A program made the position numbers and the translations under genes. From Dehalococcoidia bacterium (GTDB taxonomy: Bacteria > Chloroflexota > Dehalococcoidia > GIF9 > AB-539-J10), in contig JAXGQG010000008.1 of the NCBI GenBank assembly GCA_040766535.1, positions 411 through 64,410 on the forward strand: a DNA stretch of 64,000 nucleotides. The letters run 5' to 3'. Below the pieces are notes generated by a model. That model was not told where the DNA came from and ran no database searches. It saw only the letters and a list, made by a program, of their open reading frames with translations. Below, piece after piece: positions 53,443 to 62,573 of the stretch (its first letter is position 1; each line of letters begins with the position of its first letter).

Positions 53443-53707
53443 TTCTCACCTCCTGTCTTACTTATCGGATCGCCGGGGATGCGCCTGTATGGCGCAAATG
53501 GGATGGGGTAACCTGCCTCTTCTCTTGAAGTGAGTATACGAACGGCGCAAGAGCATTGTCAAGGGATTCTCGTTCGCGGAATGAATATCGCGGCATTCGT
53601 CCTAACGGCTTCCTCTCGGTGTCGCTCTTCGTCGTCGCACTCATTTCGCCCATCAGGCGTCGTGCACTCATCACAGGGAGCCACAGGCAACTGCCGGCTA
53701 CTCAGAG

Positions 53708-54970
53708 TCAAAGGTCGATCAAAGGTAGCACCTGGGGGCCCTCCGGAATTACCGCCACTTCGGCGTGCCGGCCGAGCCGCGTGATGGCCTCGGCGACTGC
53801 CGCGTCTAGGTCGTGCACAGGCTCGAGCCACACGCTCCGCACCGTGTCGTCGTCGAGTTCCGAGTGCACCATCACCTGGTTTCGCATCTGGATTCGGGCC
53901 AGGATCTGGTTCTGCCACTGGACGCCGAGTGGCTCTTCGCGCCGGATCTTCTCAAGAACGTCGACAGGGTTCTTGCACGAACGGTGGACATCCACAAATG
54001 ATCGTGGGCCGACGCCTGTCGCGCAACTCGAAGCGATGATGAGGATTCCTCCGTCGCGCGTAATCATCGACGCGACATCCATGCCCTTCACCGTCTGATA
54101 CAGGTCAAGGTCGAGCGGCGCACCGCTGTTGGTAGTGATGGTTATGTCCACTCGGTGCGGCACTCTCACGCCCACGATGTCACGAGCGGCCGCGCACCCT
54201 GCCTCGTGTGCCGCAACAAGGTCCCCCGCGAACACCGCCGTTATCTCTTTGCGCCGGTTCAGCAATACGTTGACCACGAAGCCAAGTCGTGCCATGCGCG
54301 CCTGTTCGATCATGTCCTCGTGGATCGGATTGCCGGCGAGAACGCCGGCCCGGCTGTTGGGATCCGCTATCATGCGGTAACCGTGGTTGATGTAGGCGGA
54401 ATTCCGGCCGAATACCCCGGGTGCGATGCTCTTCCTGCCACCGGAGAAACCTGCGAAAAAATGCGGCTCGATGAAACCCGTAGACACCAGGAAGTCGGCA
54501 TTCACCACCACGTCGAAGATGTCTACCGGCGTGCCGCGCGAGGTCGTTCCGATGTTCACCACGCTATTGGGGTCGTGATTGAGCACCCGGTACGTGTCAA
54601 CGATGTGCTGGCCCAGCAGCCGGCTCAGCTCCTGGTGACTCAACGGCGCGTGCAGCCCGAGCGCAACCACTATGGTGATGTTGTCGCGGGGCACGACCCG
54701 CTCCAATTCGCCCAGTATCGGGGGGAGGAGTCGGTCATCGGGGCATGCCCTGGTATTGTCGGTGACGATCACGACCACGCGGTCGGTGGCTTTGACCGCC
54801 TGCCACAGCGGCCGGTGGCCTATCGGGTTCCTGAGAGCGTCCGTGATCGCGGAGGCCTCATCCCGCAGCCCCGCGACCTCTCTGGGCTCGAGCACGTAGG
54901 CAAGGTTTCGTTCGGGGATACGCACCTTCAGATGCGTATCCCCGTATGGCAGCGAAAATGTGGCGTCCAT
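53708..54970 (-). CDS. LarA-family (DUF2088) nickel-pincer-nucleotide-dependent 2-hydroxy-acid racemase/epimerase homolog
   Basis: 420 aa. ..TGFIEPHFFAGFSGGRKSI.. matches the LarA block that holds the NPN-tethering Lys. The N-domain has the DUF2088 pattern. The substrate is unknown. Confidence 0.75.
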   Translation of the reverse strand: MDATFSLPYGDTHLKVRIPERNLAYVLEPREVAGLRDEASAITDALRNPIGHRPLWQAVKATDRVVVIVTDNTRACPDDRLLPPILGELERVVPRDNITIVVALGLHAPLSHQELSRLLGQHIVDTYRVLNHDPNSVVNIGTTSRGTPVDIFDVVVNADFLVSTGFIEPHFFAGFSGGRKSIAPGVFGRNSAYINHGYRMIADPNSRAGVLAGNPIHEDMIEQARMARLGFVVNVLLNRRKEITAVFAGDLVAAHEAGCAAARDIVGVRVPHRVDITITTNSGAPLDLDLYQTVKGMDVASMITRDGGILIIASSCATGVGPRSFVDVHRSCKNPVDVLEKIRREEPLGVQWQNQILARIQMRNQVMVHSELDDDTVRSVWLEPVHDLDAAVAEAITRLGRHAEVAVIPEGPQVLPLIDL

Positions 54971-54976
54971 AGCCGC

Positions 54977-56377
54977 CTACCGTATCGCGTTCCCGGGATT
55001 GAGGATGTTGTTCGGATCAAACAACTTCTTGATACCCCGCATCAGCTCTTCCTGCTTGGGGTCCATCAGGTATTCGAGGTACTTCAGCCGTATCTTGCCG
55101 ACGCCATGCTCGCCGGTGACGACGCCTCCAAGGGCGATCGCGGCCTTGTAGATCTCCTTCTTCACGTCTTCCGCCGTTCCACGCTGCACGAGTTCCTTCA
55201 ACATGTAAGGGTGGAAGTTGCCGTCGCCGGCATGCGCGATGGTCGCGATCTTCGTGTCGTACTTTCTGGCGATTTCGTCCAGCCGGTCGAGCATCTTGCC
55301 CAGGTTCGCCGGTGGGACGGTGATATCCGAGTCACCGGCGATGAGTGGTTTCATCGCCGAATAGATCTCGCTGCGCATCTTCAGGATATCCGCCTGCTCC
55401 TGCGCACGCTCGGCGATGAGCACGTCCATAGCACCATTGCTCTGGCATACTTCCGACATCGTCTCCGCCTGGAAATACACGTCATCCTCGTTAGCACCGG
55501 TGAGGATGAGTATGAGGTGGGCCTTGCCTTTCTCCGCGGGCCATTTCATGCCGAGATGCTCCGCCGACATGGTGATGACTTCGTGGTCCACGTACTCGAT
55601 GGCCATCGGTATGACACCGCTCTGGAGCAGCTTCGGCACCGTGTTTATGGCCTTGTGTCTGTCTTCAAACGAGACGACCAAAGTAGCTGTACCGGCGAAC
55701 TTCGGATAGAGCCGCATGGTGGCCTTGGTGATGATACCGAGGATGCCCTCGGAATCGATGATCAGCTGCATGAGATCGAGTCCGGTGTTGTTCTTGAGCA
55801 ACTTCCCACCCATCGTGGTGATCTCGCCGGTGGGCAGTACTACTTCGAGTCCCTTCACATACTGCCGCACAACACCGTATTTGACGGCCCGGGAACCGCC
55901 AGCGTTCGCGGCAATCATGCCGCCTACCTGGGCACCTTCATCTCCCGGGTGCGGAGGGAACAGCAGGTCGGCCTTGTCCACAGCCTCGAGCAGTTGCGCG
56001 AGCGTCACTCCTGCCTCGGCAACCACCATGAGGTTCTCGGTGTCGACTTCCTCGACCTTGTCGAATCGCTCCATCGAAATGACGATCCCGTCCAGGGTAG
56101 GCACGGCGCCGCACACTAGTCCCGTTCCAGCGCCTCTGGGGTACACAGGGGTCTTGTCACGGTTGGCCAGCTTGAGTATCTCCGAGATCTCCTGCGCCGT
56201 AGCTGGTTTGACCACCACCACATGGTCCGCGGGTTCGAGTCGCTGATCGGGAGTGGTCTCATCGTAGAGATATGTCTGCATCTGGTCGCGTTCAGTGATG
56301 ACCCAATCTGCCCCCACAATCTTCTTCAGACCGTCAACATCGATCATCTGTCTTCTCACCTCCGTAATGCAATGCAC
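54977..56377 (-). CDS. FAD-binding oxidoreductase, GlcD/D-lactate dehydrogenase family (paralog 1)
   Basis: FAD-binding PCMH domain (..VYPRGAGTGLVCGAVP..) and a C-terminal GlcD-type domain (..GEHGVGKIRLKYL..). Confidence 0.85.
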   Translation of the reverse strand: MHCITEVRRQMIDVDGLKKIVGADWVITERDQMQTYLYDETTPDQRLEPADHVVVVKPATAQEISEILKLANRDKTPVYPRGAGTGLVCGAVPTLDGIVISMERFDKVEEVDTENLMVVAEAGVTLAQLLEAVDKADLLFPPHPGDEGAQVGGMIAANAGGSRAVKYGVVRQYVKGLEVVLPTGEITTMGGKLLKNNTGLDLMQLIIDSEGILGIITKATMRLYPKFAGTATLVVSFEDRHKAINTVPKLLQSGVIPMAIEYVDHEVITMSAEHLGMKWPAEKGKAHLILILTGANEDDVYFQAETMSEVCQSNGAMDVLIAERAQEQADILKMRSEIYSAMKPLIAGDSDITVPPANLGKMLDRLDEIARKYDTKIATIAHAGDGNFHPYMLKELVQRGTAEDVKKEIYKAAIALGGVVTGEHGVGKIRLKYLEYLMDPKQEELMRGIKKLFDPNNILNPGNAIR

Positions 56378-56407
56378 TGGCTATGTTGTTCAACATGGCA
56401 ACGGCAG

Positions 56408-57826
56408 TTACCTGATGGCGGAGTCCGGGCTGAGGATGCCGTTGGGGTCGAAGAGCCGCTTGATTCCACGCATCAGGTCCATGGACTTCGGGTCTATGCA
56501 CATGTCCAGTTCTCCCAAACGTGTCTTGCCGATGCCGTGCTCGCCACTTATGACGCCGCCAAGTTCAATGGCCCTGGCGTAGATCTTTCGTTTTACCTCT
56601 GTGGACAGTCCCCGTTCCTTCAGTTCAAGCATGAGATGCGGATGGAAATTGCCGTCGCCCGCGTGTGCCACCATGGGAATCTTCGTCTGGTACTGGGTCG
56701 CGAGCTTGTCAACCTCGTCCATCATCTCCCCGACGGCAGCGGGTGGCACGGTCACATCCAGTATCTCGGCGAGTTGTGCCTTATACGTCATGCTCTCTTC
56801 ACTGCGGATGTGGAGGATGTGGGCCTGTTCTTCGCGGCTCTCGGCTATGAGGGTGTCCACTGCGCCATTGGCCTCGCAGATGTCGGACACGTTCTGACAC
56901 TGCTCGTACACGTCGTCGTCGTTGGTTCCGGTGATGATGACGATGAGATGGCACTTGCCCTTGGTTGCCGGCCAGTTCGTGCCGAGGTAGCGCGCGGTGT
57001 CCTCCATGAGATCCCTATCCACATACTCGATCGCCATGGGAATGACGCCAGCCTGCAGTATCCTGGGCACTGCGCGGATGGCGCTGCGGCGGTCTTCGAA
57101 CGATACCACCAGCGTCGCCGGTCCGGCGAACTTGGGATACAACCGGAGCACGACCTGGGTGACAATCCCGAGGATGCCCTCGGAGTCGATCATCAGGTGC
57201 ATGAGATCCAGCCCGGTGTTGTTCTTCAGCAGCTTTCCACCCATGGCAACGATCTCACCGGTGGGCAGTACGACACGCAGCCCCTTGACGTAGTTGCGGA
57301 CCACTCCATACTTCACAGCGCGTGTTCCGCCGGCGTTACAGGCTACCAGGCCTCCAAGCTGCGCGCCTTCATCTCCGGGATGAGGTGGAAAGAGCAGGTC
57401 CTTGGCCTCAACTGCCTCGAGCAACTGCGCCAGCGTGACACCGGCCTCGGCAACGACCATCAGATTTTCTTTGTCGATCTCGATCACCTTGTCGAGCCGC
57501 TCGAGCGACACGATAACACCATCTCTTGTGGGGATTGAGCCCGCGCACACTCCAGTGCCTCCTCCACGAGGATAGACCGGGAACTTCAGTTCATTGGCAA
57601 GCCTCATGACCTGCGCAACTTCGTCCTCGTTGGCTGGCTTAACCACCACAACGTTGTCCGCGGGCTTCATTACCAGCCCGGTGTACGTCTCGTCGATGAG
57701 GTAGCTCGCCATCTGGTTGCGGTCGGTGACGACCCAGTCCTCACCCACGATAGCCTTGAGTCTGTCTACGTCAAACATCTGCAGGGTTCTCCTCTCCTGT
57801 ATCCATAAGTCAGATAGTGGGGCCAA
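56408..57826 (-). CDS. FAD-binding oxidoreductase, GlcD family (paralog 2)
   Basis: Same architecture (..VYPRGGGTGVCAGSIP.., ..GEHGIGKTRL..). Confidence 0.85.
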   Translation of the reverse strand: MAPLSDLWIQERRTLQMFDVDRLKAIVGEDWVVTDRNQMASYLIDETYTGLVMKPADNVVVVKPANEDEVAQVMRLANELKFPVYPRGGGTGVCAGSIPTRDGVIVSLERLDKVIEIDKENLMVVAEAGVTLAQLLEAVEAKDLLFPPHPGDEGAQLGGLVACNAGGTRAVKYGVVRNYVKGLRVVLPTGEIVAMGGKLLKNNTGLDLMHLMIDSEGILGIVTQVVLRLYPKFAGPATLVVSFEDRRSAIRAVPRILQAGVIPMAIEYVDRDLMEDTARYLGTNWPATKGKCHLIVIITGTNDDDVYEQCQNVSDICEANGAVDTLIAESREEQAHILHIRSEESMTYKAQLAEILDVTVPPAAVGEMMDEVDKLATQYQTKIPMVAHAGDGNFHPHLMLELKERGLSTEVKRKIYARAIELGGVISGEHGIGKTRLGELDMCIDPKSMDLMRGIKRLFDPNGILSPDSAIR

Positions 57827-58967
57827 TAGTATAGATGTTGGAGTTCACGCCGGACGAATCGTATCCGAGTATCTCCGCCTTCACCTGTTCGCCGGAGAAG
57901 ACGCTGAGCACTTTGTCGAGCACGCGCGTGCCGGCTTCATCAAGCGACTCAGTACCTGCGACGATGCCACTCACGTCGAGGTCGATATACTCGCCGAGCA
58001 TGCGGCAAGTCTTCTCGTTGCCGCATATCTTGATCACTGGCGCCAGGGAGAAGCCCTGGGGTGCCCCGATGCCGGTGGAGAACAACATGACCTGACATCC
58101 GGCCGAAGCGAGCCCAGTCAGGAACTCCATCTCGCGGCCTGGCGAATCCATGAAATACAGCCCGGGTACTGGCGGACGCTCACCGTAGCGGACAACGCCG
58201 TTGATGGGCAAGGTTCCAGATTTCACGATGGCGCCAAGCGACTTCTCCTCAATTGTGGTGAGCCCTCCGCGTATGTTGCCCTCTGTTGGTTGTCCTCCGC
58301 GCATGTCCACGCCCATGGCGTTGACTCTCGCCTCCATCGCGTCTACACAACCCATGAGCGCTGATGCCACAGCCTCGTTGTGGGCACGGCGCACCAGGAT
58401 ATGCTCGGCTCCGATGACCTCGGTGGTCTCGCCGAAGAGTACCGTCGCCCCCAGCTTGATGAGGCGGTCCACCGCGTTGCCGGTGGCCGTGTTCGACGCC
58501 AGTCCAGACGTGGTATCGGAGGCGCCGCACTTCACTCCTATGATCAAGTCAGATAGAGGTACGTTGCCGCGCCGCCCGGATTGTTGCTGCGCCAGTTTGC
58601 GGGCAGCGGCGATGCCCTTCTCCGTCGCCACCGTTATGCCGCCCATGGCCTGAACTCTCACCAGTTCGACGGGCTTGGCGGGCCGAACCGCGTTCACGAT
58701 GTCTTCGGCAGTCACCGACTCGCAGCCAAGACTCACCAGTACCACTGCGGCGACATTGGGATTGAGACACACACCCGTCAGAACGTCGGTAACGGTTCTC
58801 ACATCGGTGGGTAGTTGACAGCATCCCTGATGGTGCAGCATGGGGCGAGCGGACGGGACGGCCGCAGCGATTCTGCGGGCAACTTCGTTGACGCACCCGA
58901 CCGAGGGTACGACAGCAATGTAGTCTCGGGCTCCAGCGGGCCCGACAGGTCTCAAGAAGCCTTCCAT
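57810..58967 (-). CDS. UxaA-family hydro-lyase (altronate/galactarate dehydratase C-terminal catalytic domain; no SAF N-domain)
   Basis: 385 aa. ..DYIAVVPSVGCVN..HQGCCQLPTD..LVSLGCE.. aligns with the UxaA/GarD large domain. Confidence 0.7.
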   Translation of the reverse strand: MEGFLRPVGPAGARDYIAVVPSVGCVNEVARRIAAAVPSARPMLHHQGCCQLPTDVRTVTDVLTGVCLNPNVAAVVLVSLGCESVTAEDIVNAVRPAKPVELVRVQAMGGITVATEKGIAAARKLAQQQSGRRGNVPLSDLIIGVKCGASDTTSGLASNTATGNAVDRLIKLGATVLFGETTEVIGAEHILVRRAHNEAVASALMGCVDAMEARVNAMGVDMRGGQPTEGNIRGGLTTIEEKSLGAIVKSGTLPINGVVRYGERPPVPGLYFMDSPGREMEFLTGLASAGCQVMLFSTGIGAPQGFSLAPVIKICGNEKTCRMLGEYIDLDVSGIVAGTESLDEAGTRVLDKVLSVFSGEQVKAEILGYDSSGVNSNIYTIGPTI

Positions 58968-59010
58968 TGTCTCTCCTGTCTCTCCTTTCTGCGTGACCGT
59001 ACGGTAGCCC

Positions 59011-60387
59011 TCAGGGGATCGCGGTTCCCGGGTTCAGGATACCGTTCGGATCGAACAGCTTCTTCAGCCCACGCATCAGTTCGAGGGATTTGGGATCGAT
59101 GCACATCGAGACCTCGTCAAGCCTGCATTTGCCGACACCGTGTTCCGCCGTGATGGTGCCGCCCAGTCCGATTGCGGCCGTGTACAGGTCGTGCTTTACC
59201 GCCTTGAGTTGACCGCGATCGTGCAGTTCGAGAGGCAGATGAGGATGAAGGTTCCCGTCTCCGGCGTGACCGTAGGTGATGATCCTCGTGTTGTACTTCT
59301 TGCCGATCTCGTCGACCATATCGAGGAACACGGCTATCTGGGCAGGGGGGATGGCCATGTCGAGCACATCGGCCACCTGCGGCTTGAGGACGGGATACAG
59401 TTCACTACGGATCTTCAAGATGTCCGCCTGTTCTTCACGGGTTTCCGCCATGATCGTATCCACTGCCCCAAGGCTCTCGCAGATCTTGAGCACGTCCCCT
59501 GCCTGCTGATACACGTCATCATCGTTGCTTCCAGTGATGATGGCGATCAGGTGGGCGTTGCCCTTTGCCGCCGGCCAGTGCTTGCCCAGGTGTCTGGCCG
59601 AGATCTCTATGACGTCACGGTCGACGTACTCCAGCGCAAGCGGTATTACGCCAGTCTGGAGAATTCGTGGGACGGCTCTGATCGCGGCGTGGCGGTCATC
59701 GAAGGAGATGATGAGTGTCGCGGTGCCTGCAAACTTGGGGTAGAGCCGGAAGATGACCTTCGTGACGATGCCGAGGATGCCCTCGGAGTCGATCATCAGG
59801 TGCATCAGATCCAGTCCCGTGTTGTTCTTCAGCAGCTTCCCGCCCATCGTGATTATCTCACCGGTCGGCAGGACGACCTCGAGTCCCTTTACATACTGAC
59901 GCACGACGCCGTACTTCACGGCGCGCGTTCCACCCGCGTTCATCACGACAAGACCGCCAAGTTGGGCTCCCTCATCCCCGGGGTGTGGCGGGAACGAGAG
60001 CCCCACAGCTTCCACTGCTTTGAGGAGCTTCTCCAGTGTGGCTCCGGCCTCGGCAACCGCCATGAGGTTGTCCGTATCAACCTCGATGATGCGGTCCAGC
60101 CGTTCAAGTGAGAGTACGATGCCCCCTGCCGTCGGCACCACGGCGCCAACGCAGCCCGTGCCTCCACCTCGTGCGACAACGGGAATCAAACGCTCATTCG
60201 CGAGGTGCAGAATGCGCGAGATCTCATCAGCGCTGGCCGGTTTCACGATGACCACGTCTGACGATGGGACCGGACAGACAGGCAGGGCAGTAACATCAAC
60301 GAGGTACGAAGCCGCAAGACTGAGATCCGCCACCACCCAGTCCTCTCCCACGATGTTGCGCAGTTCCGCGAGCACTTCACTCTTCAA
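59011..60387 (-). CDS. FAD-binding oxidoreductase, GlcD family (paralog 3)
   Basis: ..ARGGGTGCVGAVVP.., ..AEHGVGKCRL... TTG start 4 nt after GGAGGAGAG. Confidence 0.85.
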   Translation of the reverse strand: MKSEVLAELRNIVGEDWVVADLSLAASYLVDVTALPVCPVPSSDVVIVKPASADEISRILHLANERLIPVVARGGGTGCVGAVVPTAGGIVLSLERLDRIIEVDTDNLMAVAEAGATLEKLLKAVEAVGLSFPPHPGDEGAQLGGLVVMNAGGTRAVKYGVVRQYVKGLEVVLPTGEIITMGGKLLKNNTGLDLMHLMIDSEGILGIVTKVIFRLYPKFAGTATLIISFDDRHAAIRAVPRILQTGVIPLALEYVDRDVIEISARHLGKHWPAAKGNAHLIAIITGSNDDDVYQQAGDVLKICESLGAVDTIMAETREEQADILKIRSELYPVLKPQVADVLDMAIPPAQIAVFLDMVDEIGKKYNTRIITYGHAGDGNLHPHLPLELHDRGQLKAVKHDLYTAAIGLGGTITAEHGVGKCRLDEVSMCIDPKSLELMRGLKKLFDPNGILNPGTAIP

Positions 60388-60400
60388 CTCTCCTCCTTCG

Positions 60401-60436
60401 TGACGTGGCGATCATCTCCGTGTACGCCACGTCAGG
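60401..60436. promoter_or_regulatory. perfect inverted repeat TGACGTGGCG-N14-CGCCACGTCA immediately upstream of the first gene of the FAD-oxidase/LarA cluster; candidate operator
   Basis: Read directly, 14-50 nt upstream of the TTG start at 60387. Confidence 0.5.
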
Positions 60437-60751
60437 CAGCAACCAGCCAGCAGCACCAGCGTCTGTGTCAGCACAATGGACAGGGAGCGGCCATCGCTGT
60501 GAACACTGGTGACTTACTCCTCCTGATTTCGACAGTGATGGATGTGGTGGATTGAGCAGGGGCGCCCCGGACAGCAACACGTGTCCGTGCCGAATGTACG
60601 AAGGTGGGCTGCCGCTGCATCGAACGGTGCCGGTATCGCTTGGCCGTAGAATCGCAGGCATGTCGCAGGTCCGCCTGATTTGTGCCATTGTACACGCCCC
60701 GGGCCCCGCGGAGTACCCCGGACGGAAACGAGACATCCGGCAGCTACTATC

Positions 60752-60781
60752 TTGACGCTCAGAATTGGTCGATGGTAATCT
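60752..60781 (+). promoter_or_regulatory. putative sigma-A promoter of guaA (-35 TTGACG, 17-bp spacer, -10 GTAATC/TAATCT)
   Basis: Hexamers read by eye about 28 nt upstream of ATG 60809. Confidence 0.35.
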
Positions 60782-60808
60782 TCTTGGACTGGCCCTGCGC
60801 CACCGACG

Positions 60809-62476
60809 ATGGAAGAAGAAACCAAGACCCGCCGCGTTTCCACCAGCGATGATATCGAGGTATCCACGTACCTTGGCATTGCCAGTTCGCTTCAGGCTGA
60901 GCAGCCGGAACCGAAGGAGGCGGCCCCCGTCTCCGGGCGTGAGACCATCATCATCCTTGATTTCGGCTCGCAGTACAGCATGCTGATCGCTCGCAGGATC
61001 CGCGAATGCCATGTGTACTGCGAGATTCTTCCCAGCGACACCCCCTGGGAGCGTATCGCCTCTCTTAATCCGAAAGGTTTCATCCTCTCGGGCGGTCCAG
61101 CGAGCGTGTACGAGCCCGGTGCTCCCCATGCGCCGACGTATGTGTACGAAAAGGGTCTACCCGTCCTGGGCATCTGTTACGGTATGCAGGCCATCGCGCA
61201 CCAGTTGGGCGGAAAAGTGACGCCGGGAGTGAAACGCGAGTACGGCCACTCCGTCCTGCACATGGATATCGATGACTCGCCACTGTTTGAGGGGCTTCCT
61301 CCCTCTACGCCGGTGTGGATGAGTCATGGTGACGCGGTTACCGAGCTCCCACCGGGATTTCGGGCTCTGGCTTACACTGAGAACTCCCGCTTCGCCGTCA
61401 TCGGGAACGACCAGAACATCTTCGGTCTCCAGTTTCATCCCGAGGTGACCCATACCCCTGAAGGCCGTCGCATCATCGCGAATTTCGCCTACCGCATCTG
61501 CGGCTGCAGCGGCAACTGGACGCCCGCGCAGTTCATCACGGAAAGCGTTGAGCGCATACGCGAGCAAGTCAAGGACGGCAAGGTGGTGTGTGCACTCTCG
61601 GGCGGCGTCGATTCCGCCGTGACCGCCACCCTGATTCACCGTGCGATCGGCGAGAATCTCGTCTGTTTCTTCATCAACAACGGCCTCTTGCGGAGAGAGG
61701 AGCCGGAGCGCGTGCTTCATACCTTCGCAAATAACCTCAAAGTACGAGTGGTGTACGTCGATGCCAGTGAGCGGTTCCTGCGGCGTTTGCGCGGTGTGAT
61801 CGATCCCGAACAGAAGCGGCGTACCGTCGGCGAGGAGTTTATCCACATCTTCGAGGAGGAAGCCGCCGCGCTGGGAACGGTTGACTTTCTCGCGCAGGGC
61901 ACGGTATACCCGGACGTCATCGAAAGCGCCAGTTCGGCCGAGAACAAGGCGACTGCGCGCATCAAGAGCCACCACAATGTCGGGGGGTTGCCCGCGACCA
62001 TGCGGCTCAATCTCGTTGAACCGCTTCGTTACCTCTTCAAGGATGAAGTGCGTGAGGTGGGACTGGCGCTGGGTTTGCCCGAGGAGATGATCTGGCGACA
62101 GCCATTCCCCGGCCCCGGACTATCGATCCGGGTCATTGGCGAGGTCACCAAGGAGCGCCTGGATATCCTGCGTGCCGCCGACTGGATCGTGATGCAGGAA
62201 GTAAAGAAGGCGAATCTGTACGGTCAGTTGTGGCAGAGCTTCGCTGTTCTGACGGACGTGAGAAGTGTGGGTGTGATGGGTGACTTGAGGACGTATGGGT
62301 ACCTGATTGCTGTTCGAGCAGTCACGAGCACAGACGCCATGACCGCCGACTGGGCGCGCTTGCCATATGAACTCCTCGACCGCATCGCCGACAGGATCGT
62401 CAACGAGGTTCCGCATGTGAACCGTGTTGTCTATGATGTCACCAGCAAACCCCCTGCAACGATCGAGTGGGAGTAG
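60809..62476 (+). CDS. guaA: GMP synthase (glutamine-hydrolysing), with a ~45-aa acidic N-terminal extension
   Basis: GATase (..[18 protein letters not shown]..) and ATP-PPase (..SGGVDS..) domains, and the C-terminal ..PATIEWE. There is no in-frame ATG/GTG/TTG between 60809 and the conserved core. Confidence 0.9.
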   Translation: MEEETKTRRVSTSDDIEVSTYLGIASSLQAEQPEPKEAAPVSGRETIIILDFGSQYSMLIARRIRECHVYCEILPSDTPWERIASLNPKGFILSGGPASVYEPGAPHAPTYVYEKGLPVLGICYGMQAIAHQLGGKVTPGVKREYGHSVLHMDIDDSPLFEGLPPSTPVWMSHGDAVTELPPGFRALAYTENSRFAVIGNDQNIFGLQFHPEVTHTPEGRRIIANFAYRICGCSGNWTPAQFITESVERIREQVKDGKVVCALSGGVDSAVTATLIHRAIGENLVCFFINNGLLRREEPERVLHTFANNLKVRVVYVDASERFLRRLRGVIDPEQKRRTVGEEFIHIFEEEAAALGTVDFLAQGTVYPDVIESASSAENKATARIKSHHNVGGLPATMRLNLVEPLRYLFKDEVREVGLALGLPEEMIWRQPFPGPGLSIRVIGEVTKERLDILRAADWIVMQEVKKANLYGQLWQSFAVLTDVRSVGVMGDLRTYGYLIAVRAVTSTDAMTADWARLPYELLDRIADRIVNEVPHVNRVVYDVTSKPPATIEWE

Positions 62477-62573
62477 CCTGTCGTATACGGCACTTCCTTC
62501 TTCATGTCTTCAGTCCACCCCGGGCGGAAAGCGGTCGTTCCCGTTCCCAGAGAATTGAGAGGAGCACTATTCC

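Noticed and set aside
52096-53511. 471-aa plus-strand ORF antisense to dctP2
   Set aside because: Antisense to a well-supported binding-protein gene; no homology signal.
54155-56119. 654-aa plus-strand ORF spanning the LarA and FAD-oxidase genes
   Set aside because: Antisense to two well-supported minus-strand genes, His/Arg/Val-rich low-complexity product, no family resemblance. A typical high-GC open-frame artefact.
60377-61129. 250-aa minus-strand ORF overlapping the guaA 5' end
   Set aside because: Overlaps the well-supported guaA on the opposite strand and the intergenic promoter region. Low-complexity product.
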